IMG/VR virus record: IMGVR_UViG_3300042525_000901
Location: 1,708 to 65,707 of that record
Direction: 5' to 3' (one strand)
Length of the DNA stretch: 64,000 nt
From: a virus
Lineage: Duplodnaviria > Caudoviricetes
The position numbers and the translations under genes are program-made. This document shows positions 7,385-16,558 of this stretch, in pieces (the stretch's first letter is position 1; every line of letters starts with the position of its first letter). The notes beneath the pieces were generated by a model, which was given only the letters and a program-made list of their open reading frames with translations, was not told where the DNA came from and did not search any database.

Positions 7385-9883
7385 CTAGTCCACCCGCTGT
7401 AATCGAAACACAGCGGCGGGGTAGGGCGTTCCCTCGAAGGAAATATCTTTGCTGTCGTAGAAGTTGTCGAACTCGATGTTTGAGTCCCACACAAAAGACG
7501 TGCGTGACGAGCTGTTTGAAATCACGCGACCATTGCCGGTAGCAATCCCAATATGATACGCACCATGCGAAAACACGATGTCGCCCGGTTGCGCTTCGCT
7601 TAGGGGAATTTGCACAGCGTTTCCGGGCTGCAAACACCAGTTATAAACAGTCGGGCAATGCACTGGATTAGCGGAGCCAATAACACCGCCGCCGGTCGCG
7701 TTGGCGATGATAGCGTTCACTGACCACGCGCACGCATTGGTTCCACCATCAGGCCCCGAACTCGTGTCAGTTCCGATATATGCCTGAGCCGCTGCGTAGA
7801 TGGCCGCGTTTAGGTCGGACGGTACATTGGTCGCTCCTGTCGTTGCTGCCCCCGTAGCGCCCGCGCTAGCCGCTGCTACCGCCTGTTCAGGCGCGGCTTT
7901 CTGTGGCGTATAAAACTCGATCGTCGTGACCGCATGACCGCCACCAATCTTGTGGCCGACGCGACCCACACGATACTCACGGGCGAACGCACGGCGGGCG
8001 TAGTCGTTGTTAAACAGTGCGGGGTCAAGGCCAAAAATTGAGCCGGGAACCAATGTCAAGACGGGGTAGGTCGTAAGCAGTTCCAGCGACCCGGTAACGC
8101 CCTTAACCCGGCGCGATTCGTTCGGGATTGCCTCCGCTGTGGCCGTGCCGTCGTCCGCTAAATCAGCCGCGCCAATCTTCTGGTTAGGCAGTCCTGTGAT
8201 CGATGTATCGAGTACCGGCGGCGGAACCTCAAGGATTAACTCAGCAGCCGATCGCGTTTCGGCTTGCGTCGGGGTTGGTTCGGCCTGGGGCGTGCCGTGC
8301 ACTGGCAAAGATTGCGAGCCCGTAGTAAATGTGCGAACTGCGTTACCCGTTCCCGTGGGGTCGTCTGTTTCGAGTACAACAATCTCAGAGGTTAGCGGGT
8401 TGATAGCTGCGCTTGCTTTCCCGGCTTCCGAGTCAGGCTCGCTTTCCGTTTCGAGTTGAGCGTCAGAAGTAACAGCGCCCGATCGCCGTTCGGTGATGGC
8501 CGAATCTGACCACGAAGCCGATATCAAAATGTCAGGCGTGACGACGAAGTTGGTGAAATGCGGAACCCACGGTTCAATCGTCAGCACCGCGCCATCATCC
8601 ACAACACGCAAACCATGAGCGCGACATTCTCTCAGGAGCAGTCGTAGATCGCTAATTCCGTCTTGAGATAGATAAGCGTACGTTGTCCCGTCGAATGGTT
8701 CACCGTTGGCGTCAACCATGTTGAGCGTCAGCCCGTGAGCTGCGCAAATGTTTTCAGCAAGCTGACGTAACGTGATGTTCTCGTAGGCCGTGTTTTTCTT
8801 TCGGCGATCAAGCAACCATCGAATTGACTGACCTTTGATCGTCAGCACGTCAGGTCGCATCGCCACGTCCAAGCCGGTATGAATGAAGTGATAGGAGATC
8901 GTTTGCTCTGCACTCTCAAAGCCCAGCTCTACGATGATTTCAGTACCAACATCGGCGGTTGGCGTTTCTATCGTTTCTGGGGGCGTTTCTGTGGCTGTGG
9001 TGGTATCTTCCGTTGTGGGTTCGGGTGTCGTTGGCGGCGGTGCAGCTGTGGTCGCTCCCGTGAGAGCTGACGCAAGGTCTCCTGATTGCAAGCGAGATAG
9101 GTAGTCGTCTGCATAGCCTGCGATCATCCCGCCATTAAGAGCAACGTCGCCATTGACGATCGCACGCGCCCCAACAAAATCAGCGCGCCCGCCTCCGATG
9201 TAGTCGCTTAGGCCAACGCCCGTGTAAGTGCCGTTGGCCATCCCGTGAACCAGGACATAGGCGCTCATGCTTGCGTTTGTGGCAAGTTGCTCAGGGTTGC
9301 CAATCAGGTCAACGCCTAGCAGGTCGGAATAACGCTGGTAGTTGATTCGCCCGGTTAGCTGCACATAGCCGCGTCCTTTGAAGCGCACGCCGTCACCGGG
9401 CTGTGTGTTGCCAAGGTCGCTACGCCCCTCGTACGCTTCACCGCTAGCGTATTCTTCAAGCGTATTGAATCGGTCGGACTCGTGGTAGGCGGTCGCCAAA
9501 ATGTAGGCAATTTGGTTAACGTCACTCACTCCCTGACGGAGACATTCAGCGATGATCGCCAATTCGTTCGACGCTTGCCCCTGCGTAAATCCAGACGAAC
9601 CGGGTGCGCCTACCGTTGCTTCACCCGTTCCGGCTGTTGCTGCTGGGGGTTGTGGATCTTGTAACAGCTCAGGGCTAACGATGATTCCGCCTTGAGCTTC
9701 GATCTCGACAAACTTTTCTCCCGAATACACCAGCCCCGGATCGTTTACCTCAATCGTGCAGGTAGCCGATCGCTTGTCTTCCCCCAAATCAACCGAGACG
9801 GACAAGAGGCGTTCGTCGCCAGTTTGGAGAACGTTCTGCCCAAACGTGACGCGAGTAAAAGTGACGCGCTCGTAATAACCCAC
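7385..9883 (-). CDS. baseplate hub/late-control-D-like protein with GH19 lysozyme-like and NlpC/P60-like domains
   Basis: YILATAYHES...YEGRSDLGNTQPGDGVRFKGRGYVQLTGR (GH19); YENITLRQLAENIC...QDGISDLRLL (gpD/gp27-like); CAWSV...PGDIVF...HIGI (NlpC/P60/CHAP-like). Confidence 0.8.
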   Translation of the reverse strand: MGYYERVTFTRVTFGQNVLQTGDERLLSVSVDLGEDKRSATCTIEVNDPGLVYSGEKFVEIEAQGGIIVSPELLQDPQPPAATAGTGEATVGAPGSSGFTQGQASNELAIIAECLRQGVSDVNQIAYILATAYHESDRFNTLEEYASGEAYEGRSDLGNTQPGDGVRFKGRGYVQLTGRINYQRYSDLLGVDLIGNPEQLATNASMSAYVLVHGMANGTYTGVGLSDYIGGGRADFVGARAIVNGDVALNGGMIAGYADDYLSRLQSGDLASALTGATTAAPPPTTPEPTTEDTTTATETPPETIETPTADVGTEIIVELGFESAEQTISYHFIHTGLDVAMRPDVLTIKGQSIRWLLDRRKKNTAYENITLRQLAENICAAHGLTLNMVDANGEPFDGTTYAYLSQDGISDLRLLLRECRAHGLRVVDDGAVLTIEPWVPHFTNFVVTPDILISASWSDSAITERRSGAVTSDAQLETESEPDSEAGKASAAINPLTSEIVVLETDDPTGTGNAVRTFTTGSQSLPVHGTPQAEPTPTQAETRSAAELILEVPPPVLDTSITGLPNQKIGAADLADDGTATAEAIPNESRRVKGVTGSLELLTTYPVLTLVPGSIFGLDPALFNNDYARRAFAREYRVGRVGHKIGGGHAVTTIEFYTPQKAAPEQAVAAASAGATGAATTGATNVPSDLNAAIYAAAQAYIGTDTSSGPDGGTNACAWSVNAIIANATGGGVIGSANPVHCPTVYNWCLQPGNAVQIPLSEAQPGDIVFSHGAYHIGIATGNGRVISNSSSRTSFVWDSNIEFDNFYDSKDISFEGTPYPAAVFRLQRVD

Positions 9884-9966
9884 CTATCGATCCTCGTGCC
9901 ACATCTTTCAACCCCTGAGAGAACTGAAGTGCGTTGTTATGATCCTACCTCGAAAAGATCTAGCTG

Positions 9967-10070
9967 TGCCACGTGCACCACATAATATCTTTTATATAAG
10001 GGTAAGGTCATCACGTGGCACGACGCCAAAAACGCCCAATCCTTTACCATTCATTCGTTACAGCCGTTTT
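9967..10070 (+). repeat. dispersed palindromic element, copy 2
   Basis: TGCCACGTGCACCACATAATATCTTTTATATAAGGGTAAGGTCATCACGTGGCA, then ...CGTTACAGCCGTTTT. Confidence 0.95.
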
Positions 10071-10587
10071 AGATGACGGTGAAGCGTCCCGAGTCGAGGC
10101 GGCGCTTTTGACCTTGAAAAGCGATGAAAACTTCGTATTCGATTGACCGCGTTCCTGGTTCAAGCGACGGAACCAGCGTGCTGAAATCGACGATCGCTTG
10201 GAACTCCAATCGCGATCGATCCAGGTGCAAGATCGACAAATCGTAATCATCGGTCGTAGAGTCGTTGTCCCACGTTCCTAGCAAAACACGCGGCTGTGTC
10301 GTGGCCTCGTACAGAGAAAGGGTGACAATCGCGTTGGTGAGATCCTGGCTGCGATCGGCTGCGGTAGCCGACAAAATCATCGCAGGGATTTCGGTACGGA
10401 GAAACGACGAATTACAGAGGGGAGCCATAGTACACAGATTGATTCGGAATGAGGGGACGGGAACGGTAGCGCAATCGCCACGCGGCGATCGGTGGGTGAC
10501 GGAGCAAGCCATAGTGGTCGGATTGTATTTGCTTCTATCATCCCCGTGGCTGACTTGAATTGAGTACAGGTCATAAATTTGGGACAT
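10069..10587 (-). CDS. hypothetical (probably virion-associated) protein
   Basis: 172-aa ORF among baseplate genes. Confidence 0.6.
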   Translation of the reverse strand: MSQIYDLYSIQVSHGDDRSKYNPTTMACSVTHRSPRGDCATVPVPSFRINLCTMAPLCNSSFLRTEIPAMILSATAADRSQDLTNAIVTLSLYEATTQPRVLLGTWDNDSTTDDYDLSILHLDRSRLEFQAIVDFSTLVPSLEPGTRSIEYEVFIAFQGQKRRLDSGRFTVI

Positions 10588-10685
10588 AGTCAGGGATAGT
10601 AAAACTGGGCGATAACCTACCCTGTCTTGTGTTTGTTCCGTCTGGCTCGTGTTTCATGTTTCGCGGGTCAGACTTCCCTAAATCA

Positions 10686-10985
10686 ATGCTGACAATTTAC
10701 CCACACCGTCTATCTCGCCTCACCGACCTAATTCAAGATCCTGACCGATCGCGTGTTTGGGTCAGGTTGCAACGCGGGCTAACCCAGGCCGATCAAAGCA
10801 AGTACGATCGCGCTCGGTGGTTCTTTGACCGGGCGCTAGAGATTTGCACAACCGAGCGAGAAACAGACATCGTCACAACCGCTATTGAATTTGTGGACTT
10901 GATAACAAGCTCACCCGAAGCAGACCGACTCGCGATCGCGGTTCAAAAGTTTTCCGTCATTAGACAATACTTTGCAGGAGCCTAG
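10686..10985 (+). CDS. hypothetical protein
   Basis: ORF directly upstream of and co-oriented with the gp25 gene. Confidence 0.5.
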   Translation: MLTIYPHRLSRLTDLIQDPDRSRVWVRLQRGLTQADQSKYDRARWFFDRALEICTTERETDIVTTAIEFVDLITSSPEADRLAIAVQKFSVIRQYFAGA

Positions 10986-10990
10986 GCTAA

Positions 10991-11362
10991 ATGGCGCTAC
11001 AACAGCCGACGTCGATTTCTTACCCACTCGCTATCGTTGACGGTGATTTGGCGCTGTCACGCGGCACGCAATGCGTCTATGATGCGATGCGCTCGGTTAT
11101 CGAAACCATCCCATTAGAGCGTGCATTTCGGCCTCGATACGGCACGCCTGATCCGCTGTTTAAAGCCGTGCAAGATCCAGCGACAATCGCGCAAGTGTAT
11201 CGCAATGCGCTCCTGACCCAAGTTGAGGCGCTGCGAGACGTGAGTATCGAGACCGACTTTGACGAAGCTAATGGCGTCCTGCTTCTTACCGTGACGCCAG
11301 ACATTAACCCCACGTCAGGGTTTGGCGTAACTCGTGATTCGTTCCAATTTGCATTGAGTTAG
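10991..11362 (+). CDS. baseplate wedge protein, GPW/gp25 family
   Basis: ISYPL...SVIETIPLERAFRPRYGT motif. Confidence 0.85.
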   Translation: MALQQPTSISYPLAIVDGDLALSRGTQCVYDAMRSVIETIPLERAFRPRYGTPDPLFKAVQDPATIAQVYRNALLTQVEALRDVSIETDFDEANGVLLLTVTPDINPTSGFGVTRDSFQFALS

Positions 11363-11366
11363 GCCC

Positions 11367-11807
11367 ATGCTGAAAATCACCGAGACCGGAGGCGATCGCG
11401 TTCGATTCAAAATCAACACAATGGCCGCGCGTGCCAAAAACCTGACCCCGGCTTACAAAACTTTTGGTGAGTATCGCGCCCGCCGCCATACGGCGATCTT
11501 CAACTCGCAGCGATCGCCCTACGATGAAAAGTGGACAGCGCTACAACCTGCCACGATCGCGAAGAAACGCAAGAAAGGATCTGACCCTCGCATCCTTCAT
11601 GACTCGCTAAAGATGCGAGGGTCGTTCTACACGAAGCCCACGGCACGCAAAATCGAATGGGGTTATTCAGTGCCCTACATCCGGTATCACGTCAAAGGGA
11701 CAAGACGCCTCCCCATTCGATCGCCGCTTGAGGATAAACGCGGGTTAGCGCCTCGCGACATGAAGCGCTACAAGAAACTTTTGGCAGAGTATTTGCTGAA
11801 CGACTAA
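11367..11807 (+). CDS. virion morphogenesis/tail completion protein (Mu gpG, P2 gpS-like)
   Basis: F.SQRSPY.EKWTALQPATIAKK...RILHDS..MRGS...YIRYH..GT..LPIR. Confidence 0.85.
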   Translation: MLKITETGGDRVRFKINTMAARAKNLTPAYKTFGEYRARRHTAIFNSQRSPYDEKWTALQPATIAKKRKKGSDPRILHDSLKMRGSFYTKPTARKIEWGYSVPYIRYHVKGTRRLPIRSPLEDKRGLAPRDMKRYKKLLAEYLLND

Positions 11808-11809
11808 TC

Positions 11810-11912
11810 TGCCACGTGCACCATGTAATCTTCTTTTATAGGGGTAATGCCATCACGTGGCACGCTTCCAAAATCCCCGCACATTCGACCCCGTAAACGT
11901 TACAGCCATTCT
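11810..11912 (+). repeat. dispersed palindromic element, copy 3
   Basis: TGCCACGTGCACCATGTAATCTTCTTTTATAGGGGTAATGCCATCACGTGGCA, then ...CGTTACAGCCATT. Confidence 0.95.
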
Positions 11913-11923
11913 CACCCCAAAAC

Positions 11924-12718
11924 ATGAGCGCAATTTTTAACGCACTGAATTCCGCCGAAACAACAGCCAAATCAAGCCAAGATCAAGGCGAGATCGGACG
12001 GGTCGCATCTGTCAGGATGGGGGTCGTTGTTGACAATGCAGATCCTCAAGGCTTACGTCGTGTTCGGGCGACCGAGGCAAGCACCGGGGGCACGGTGACG
12101 ACCGATTGGTTGTGGCGAGTCGTTGACGCCTACGACGATCCGCCACTACCCAAGCGCAACATGCTAATCGAGGTGATTTCGTTTGAGGGGAACCCACACG
12201 CACGCGCCTACCGGGTGATGTGCAACGCGCAAAACCGCCCGCTTGCCAAAGGCGATATCGTCAATGATTGGTATCGGATTGTTCCCGGCGATCGCGATAT
12301 GGACATCGGCAAAAACGAACACACCCGGATTGGTGGTGAAGAGTTCCGGGAGGTTGGCGGCGATCGCACGGTCACGATTGAAGCGGATGACCTGAAGCAA
12401 ATTGGCGATAGTTGGAAAGTTGAAGCAGGAAAGGATATCGAGTTTGTGGCAACTGGCAACATCAAGATCTCAACCAAAGGCGGTGCGGCGATCGTTCTCA
12501 CCGCGTCAGGCAATGCCTATATTGAATGCGCTGCTGGTTATCGCTTGACACTGGGCGGTTCGAGTTCGACGGCGATCGGCACAGACTTGGGAATGAACCT
12601 GGCAGGCGGCGTCTTTCGATTCGACAACCCTCAAGACGTGATCATCGATAGCAAGTCGGTGACGACGATCGGGGCGGTGGATAGCCGTGGCGATGCGCTC
12701 GTGACGCGGGGGTGGTAA
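11924..12718 (+). CDS. baseplate spike protein (gpV/gp5/VgrG-like)
   Basis: GVVVDNADPQGLRRVR OB-fold and 8-residue beta-helix repeats (IGKNEHTR IGGEEFRE VGGDRTVT). Confidence 0.85.
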   Translation: MSAIFNALNSAETTAKSSQDQGEIGRVASVRMGVVVDNADPQGLRRVRATEASTGGTVTTDWLWRVVDAYDDPPLPKRNMLIEVISFEGNPHARAYRVMCNAQNRPLAKGDIVNDWYRIVPGDRDMDIGKNEHTRIGGEEFREVGGDRTVTIEADDLKQIGDSWKVEAGKDIEFVATGNIKISTKGGAAIVLTASGNAYIECAAGYRLTLGGSSSTAIGTDLGMNLAGGVFRFDNPQDVIIDSKSVTTIGAVDSRGDALVTRGW

Positions 12719-12737
12719 AAAGCTGGATTGTTGCTGC

Positions 12738-12803
12738 TAGAATATTAGGGTATTTTGATCGCCGCGCCGAATGGTGGAACATTCGGCATTATCAGCGGTA
12801 ATC
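12738..12803 (+). promoter_or_regulatory. promoter plus structured leader (diverged copy)
   Basis: TAGAAT..GTATTTTGATCGCC-GCCGAATG/CATTCGGC-ATTATCA, matching leaders at 14098 and 55647. Confidence 0.6.
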
Positions 12804-12839
12804 AAAAGGAACTCTCGATCCCATACATAGATTTTACCA

Positions 12840-14036
12840 ATGGCTGACTTATTTTTCCCGTGTTCGGAACCACTGCGCCACGACTCTGGGCGCAGTGGTG
12901 TCATGCTGATTCAAACAACAGCGGATTGGGTCGTCAAAGCTCATCGCAAATTGGACTTGATTTCGGCTAACTTGCGGACTCAATGCCTGAATAAAACGGT
13001 TCGAGAGATTATTGATACGTTGATCCGAGAGCCTGAGATGTTCATCTTCAAAGCTGACCCGATCAAGCTCTCGATCGAAACAGCGGTGTACAGTTATGCA
13101 AAAGGCGGGCTGGAATGCGTGGCTTTGCCGTCGCAAGGTCAAGGCTTCAACAATGGGGGCGGTCGTATTCGCGCCTTTTGCTTGGCTGTTGAGCAATCCG
13201 ATTCTGTTGACCTATCAAAGATCCCGGTTTTCCTCCATATCGCTTACGGCTTAAGCGACGAAAAACAGGTAGATGTGTGCGTAGCTTCAAACACATCTAC
13301 GAACGTTGGGGCTGCATCAATCCTAAATAAACGCGGGATCTTTGACCCCATCAAGGAGCGCTGGGGTGACAAGTTCCCCTGGTGCGTCTATCACGAGGGA
13401 CAGCACACGGCGGATCTGGGAGAGGCGCATTCGTTCTCCTCGTCAGTGTCTGTCGTTCTTTTGATCAACCTGATGCTATGTGTCAGCCCTTCCTACAACT
13501 ATGAGCTAGGGAAGCATCCATCCTCCATTGTTTCTGGCAGCGGCGTTTTGTCCGCCCCTCGGCTGGCCGAGATTAGTATCAAACACCGACTACACTTGCT
13601 TGGAGATTTGTACGATATTTGGTTTTACGGGATGGAAGCTATAAAGGCGTACGTTGATCGCTATGGGTGGGTAAGTCAGGAGACCGGGCGTCCCTTTTTC
13701 CCTAGCACAAAGAATAGCCCAAAAAAAGCTACTCATTTCATGCATACGCCTCTCAAGTGGCCTGGGCTAATCAGCAAAGACATTCCGGTTCCAGTCGTCG
13801 CTGCTTGCCGTGTTTTTCTTCGCGACAATGACTGGGGCGTGACCCGTTCCTGGTTGATGAAAGTAGCCGTTCCCGCGCTTTGGAAACAGTACCAGATTTC
13901 GCTAGTCAAAAGTGCCAAGATACAGAAATACACCAACCTTCGCGCCGCGCTAGGTCATGAGTCCATGTGGTCGAGTTTGGTCATCAAAGCGCAAAGCCTG
14001 CTGAACGAATATAACGAACAGAAGCGATCAGCTTAG
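12840..14036 (+). CDS. AIPR-family-like protein
   Basis: ANLR...IIDTLIREPEMF...GFNNGGGR...ASNTSTNV...GIFDPIK resembles the AIPR consensus, with degenerate DGG motif. Confidence 0.55.
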   Translation: MADLFFPCSEPLRHDSGRSGVMLIQTTADWVVKAHRKLDLISANLRTQCLNKTVREIIDTLIREPEMFIFKADPIKLSIETAVYSYAKGGLECVALPSQGQGFNNGGGRIRAFCLAVEQSDSVDLSKIPVFLHIAYGLSDEKQVDVCVASNTSTNVGAASILNKRGIFDPIKERWGDKFPWCVYHEGQHTADLGEAHSFSSSVSVVLLINLMLCVSPSYNYELGKHPSSIVSGSGVLSAPRLAEISIKHRLHLLGDLYDIWFYGMEAIKAYVDRYGWVSQETGRPFFPSTKNSPKKATHFMHTPLKWPGLISKDIPVPVVAACRVFLRDNDWGVTRSWLMKVAVPALWKQYQISLVKSAKIQKYTNLRAALGHESMWSSLVIKAQSLLNEYNEQKRSA

Positions 14037-14045
14037 CCCTGTTTC

Positions 14046-14104
14046 TTACCACAGCGAAAACACCCGGATCTTGTAGGACGATCCGGGTATTTTCGCTGTG
14101 GTAA
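14046..14104. repeat. 25-bp-arm inverted repeat (terminator/cruciform)
   Basis: TTACCACAGCGAAAACACCCGGATC-N9-GATCCGGGTATTTTCGCTGTGGTAA, one mismatch. Confidence 0.8.
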
Positions 14105-14199
14105 AATGATGGAGTATTTTGATCGCCTAGCCAGGTGCTACCAACACCCGGCATTACCAAGACGATCTTCCTGCGTGAACACACCACGCAATCAACATG
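14098..14199 (+). promoter_or_regulatory. conserved structured 5' leader
   Basis: closely similar to reverse complement of 55547-55647, with compensatory stem changes. Confidence 0.8.
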
Positions 14200-14712
14200 A
14201 GTATATCAAAATCGCAGCGCGAAACCGTCCGGTTCTTTGACGGACTTTCTATCGATGGCTACATGATGCCAGATGGAAGCTTTCGAGTTTCCATGAGTGG
14301 GGCGAGCATCTTGATGGGTTTCGCTCCAAACTGGCTTGGACGATTAATAAGCCGGGGTGGTACAAACCTCAAAGCCTTACAGGGTTTAGGTTTCAGCGGA
14401 CAAACCGAGGAAACTGGTACATTTGCAGGAAAACCAGCTCAGACCATTAGCCTTAAGGATTTTCAGCGACTTCTCTTGTTTGGAGTGCAAGCGGGTAAGC
14501 CCCAAGCGATCGCCCTTCAAATGGCGCTGTCTGATATGGCGCTTGGGGATTTCTTTCGAGACGCTTTCGGGTTGCGTGCGCTATCAATCGAAGAAAAACG
14601 AGCGAAGTTTTACCAGGCATTCGCCGCAACACTCACTCGTCAAGATTGGCTCGACTGGGATCGTGGTGACGTTGAAGAGCTGGAAGACCATGCTCGCTTT
14701 TTAGGAGCCTAG
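14197..14712 (+). CDS. phage antirepressor-like DNA-binding protein (P63C-type N-terminus)
   Basis: LSIDGYMMPDGSFRVSMSG motif; shares leader with a KilA-N gene. Confidence 0.6.
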   Translation: MSISKSQRETVRFFDGLSIDGYMMPDGSFRVSMSGASILMGFAPNWLGRLISRGGTNLKALQGLGFSGQTEETGTFAGKPAQTISLKDFQRLLLFGVQAGKPQAIALQMALSDMALGDFFRDAFGLRALSIEEKRAKFYQAFAATLTRQDWLDWDRGDVEELEDHARFLGA

Positions 14713-14715
14713 CTC

Positions 14716-14916
14716 ATGAAATTGACTCACGAATCAGGCCGTCCGTTGTCGTTGCTCGAACTACGCGCGATCGCTATTCCCTTAATCTTAGGTGGGCATA
14801 CAGCGACAAGCATCATAGGACAATTCGACGTGACCAAGCGGACGGCAGAGCGCTGGATCGCAAAAACTACGGAATCCAGCAATACTGCAACCGAGATCCT
14901 TTCCCCCAGAATGTAG
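14716..14916 (+). CDS. small HTH protein
   Basis: GHTATSIIGQFDVTKRTAERW helix-turn-helix pattern. Confidence 0.5.
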   Translation: MKLTHESGRPLSLLELRAIAIPLILGGHTATSIIGQFDVTKRTAERWIAKTTESSNTATEILSPRM

Positions 14917-15400
14917 CCGTCGGCGCAACATCAATCGCCAATCGAATCGGCGTTCCCGGCAACACAAACCCAACATTGGCTGATGGCCTTGTGTGATTTG
15001 TGTACGTGTACCGAACAATGCCGTCGGCTGCGATCTCAAGGAATCGGACACCACGGGGACGAATGGGCGTGTAAGCGATTCCTGTAAGCTCTACCACGCG
15101 ATGCTGATGCGCCGGGTCAGGGCGAAACCCGATCAATTCAGGAAACAGATCCTCCAGCCCGTAAGACGTTCCCAAGATTTGGTTTGCGGCATCCAGCATC
15201 GCTTTGCAGTCTTCAAGCCGTGCGCGGCGTTGCCCTCGGATCTGATTGGCGGTGTTGCTGCGATCAAGCCCGGTGATCTCAATTAGCCGCTTCATAAACG
15301 GAGCCTCGCCAGAACTTAACGCTCCGTCAAAGTTCTCCATTACTCCGATCAAAGTTTCCATTTGCGTAAACGCGGGATTGGGATTGCGAGACAGCGCCAT
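14867..15400 (-). CDS. XRE/Cro-like HTH regulator
   Basis: MKRLIEITGLDRSNTANQIRGQRRARLE...YGLEDLFP. Confidence 0.5.
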   Translation of the reverse strand: MALSRNPNPAFTQMETLIGVMENFDGALSSGEAPFMKRLIEITGLDRSNTANQIRGQRRARLEDCKAMLDAANQILGTSYGLEDLFPELIGFRPDPAHQHRVVELTGIAYTPIRPRGVRFLEIAADGIVRYTYTNHTRPSANVGFVLPGTPIRLAIDVAPTATFWGKGSRLQYCWIP

Positions 15401-15527
15401 AATCGACAAACCTAAACAGATACATATCACTAATATGTCATATCGTACAGGTATCGCGACAGGTTTATCTAGACTCGCGCTAGTCTTGCAAAGTATGCGA
15501 TTCTAGGGTATATGCGTTGGTCTTGGT

Positions 15528-15989
15528 ATGGCTTCTTATATTGATCGCAATGTGCTGAGAGTTCGGCTAGGTGAAATGGAGTTGCGGCAGTTATCACAAG
15601 TTGGTGATGACTTTACCGACGTTGAACCGAATGACGTGCGAATGGACGCGGCGATCGCGGCTGCGTCGTCCGAAATTGACGCGGTGTTAGCGGCGTCGTT
15701 TTTCATCCCCCTTCCGTGCCCCGCTCCAATTGATATCCAAGATATCTGCTTTGCGTTGGCACGAGAGCGGCTTGATACGATTGATCGTCGCGAGGTAGTA
15801 GCTGCGGACGCGGCAATGGCACGGGAACGGTTGCGAGATTTTGCAGACGGAAGACGGGTGCTAGTTTCCAAAGGTAAGCGTGTCCCGCCGATTGCCCGTG
15901 CCGGTTTCACTTCGACCGGAGATCTGAAAACAGCCGTTTACCGTGACGACACTTACCTAGGGGATTCATGGGACAGCCGGAACTCCTGA
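15528..15989 (+). CDS. head-tail adaptor, Mu gp36/DUF1320 family
   Basis: LRVRLGEMELRQL...AIAAASSEIDAVL...PL...ICFALAR. Confidence 0.85.
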   Translation: MASYIDRNVLRVRLGEMELRQLSQVGDDFTDVEPNDVRMDAAIAAASSEIDAVLAASFFIPLPCPAPIDIQDICFALARERLDTIDRREVVAADAAMARERLRDFADGRRVLVSKGKRVPPIARAGFTSTGDLKTAVYRDDTYLGDSWDSRNS

Positions 15990-16558
15990 ACGAGCTGGAA
16001 CGCCGTCTTACAATTCGGGTGCAACGCGCAATCAACGAAGTGCCTGAAGTGCGAGGCCGGATTGCTGACGCGATCGGGTTAGAGTCTCGCGTGTCCAGGC
16101 CGACAAGCACGGCTAATGTCTATGTCGGCTATTCGTCATCGTCGTTTCGGCTTGATGATGAACAGTCAACCGAACGGATCGAAATGCATGTCCGCTCCGA
16201 AGTGCTTGGCCTAAAAAACAACCGACTATCGAAGCTGCTGTCTGACGCGATCATCGGCCATGTTTTATATTGGCGTCCCGGCCATCCCTGGATCGGTCGG
16301 TTTGAAGCTGAATCACGATCTGAGATTGGCTACTCGGAAGACGCTTCGATGTGGGTGTGGGACGCCGCTTTCGGGATTGACTTTACCTGGAATGGTTGGC
16401 CGATCGCTGATTGGATCGATCTTGATCCGTGTCTTCCGCCGATCGGTACGCCAACGGTCAAGGTTGGGCTATGGCGAGCCGATCACCCGGTTGATGATGA
16501 GTCCGTAGCCAATGCCGAATTTGAAGCCACAATCGAGGTAGACCCGCCGCAACCATGA
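15968..16558 (+). CDS. probable tail terminator (Mu gp37-like)
   Basis: position after gp36 and size; weak sequence pattern. Confidence 0.5.
   Translation: MGQPELLNELERRLTIRVQRAINEVPEVRGRIADAIGLESRVSRPTSTANVYVGYSSSSFRLDDEQSTERIEMHVRSEVLGLKNNRLSKLLSDAIIGHVLYWRPGHPWIGRFEAESRSEIGYSEDASMWVWDAAFGIDFTWNGWPIADWIDLDPCLPPIGTPTVKVGLWRADHPVDDESVANAEFEATIEVDPPQP

Noticed and set aside
9967-10020. CACGTG as a eukaryotic E-box with a TATA-box promoter
   Set aside because: The context is entirely bacteriophage/cyanobacterial, so the resemblance is coincidental.
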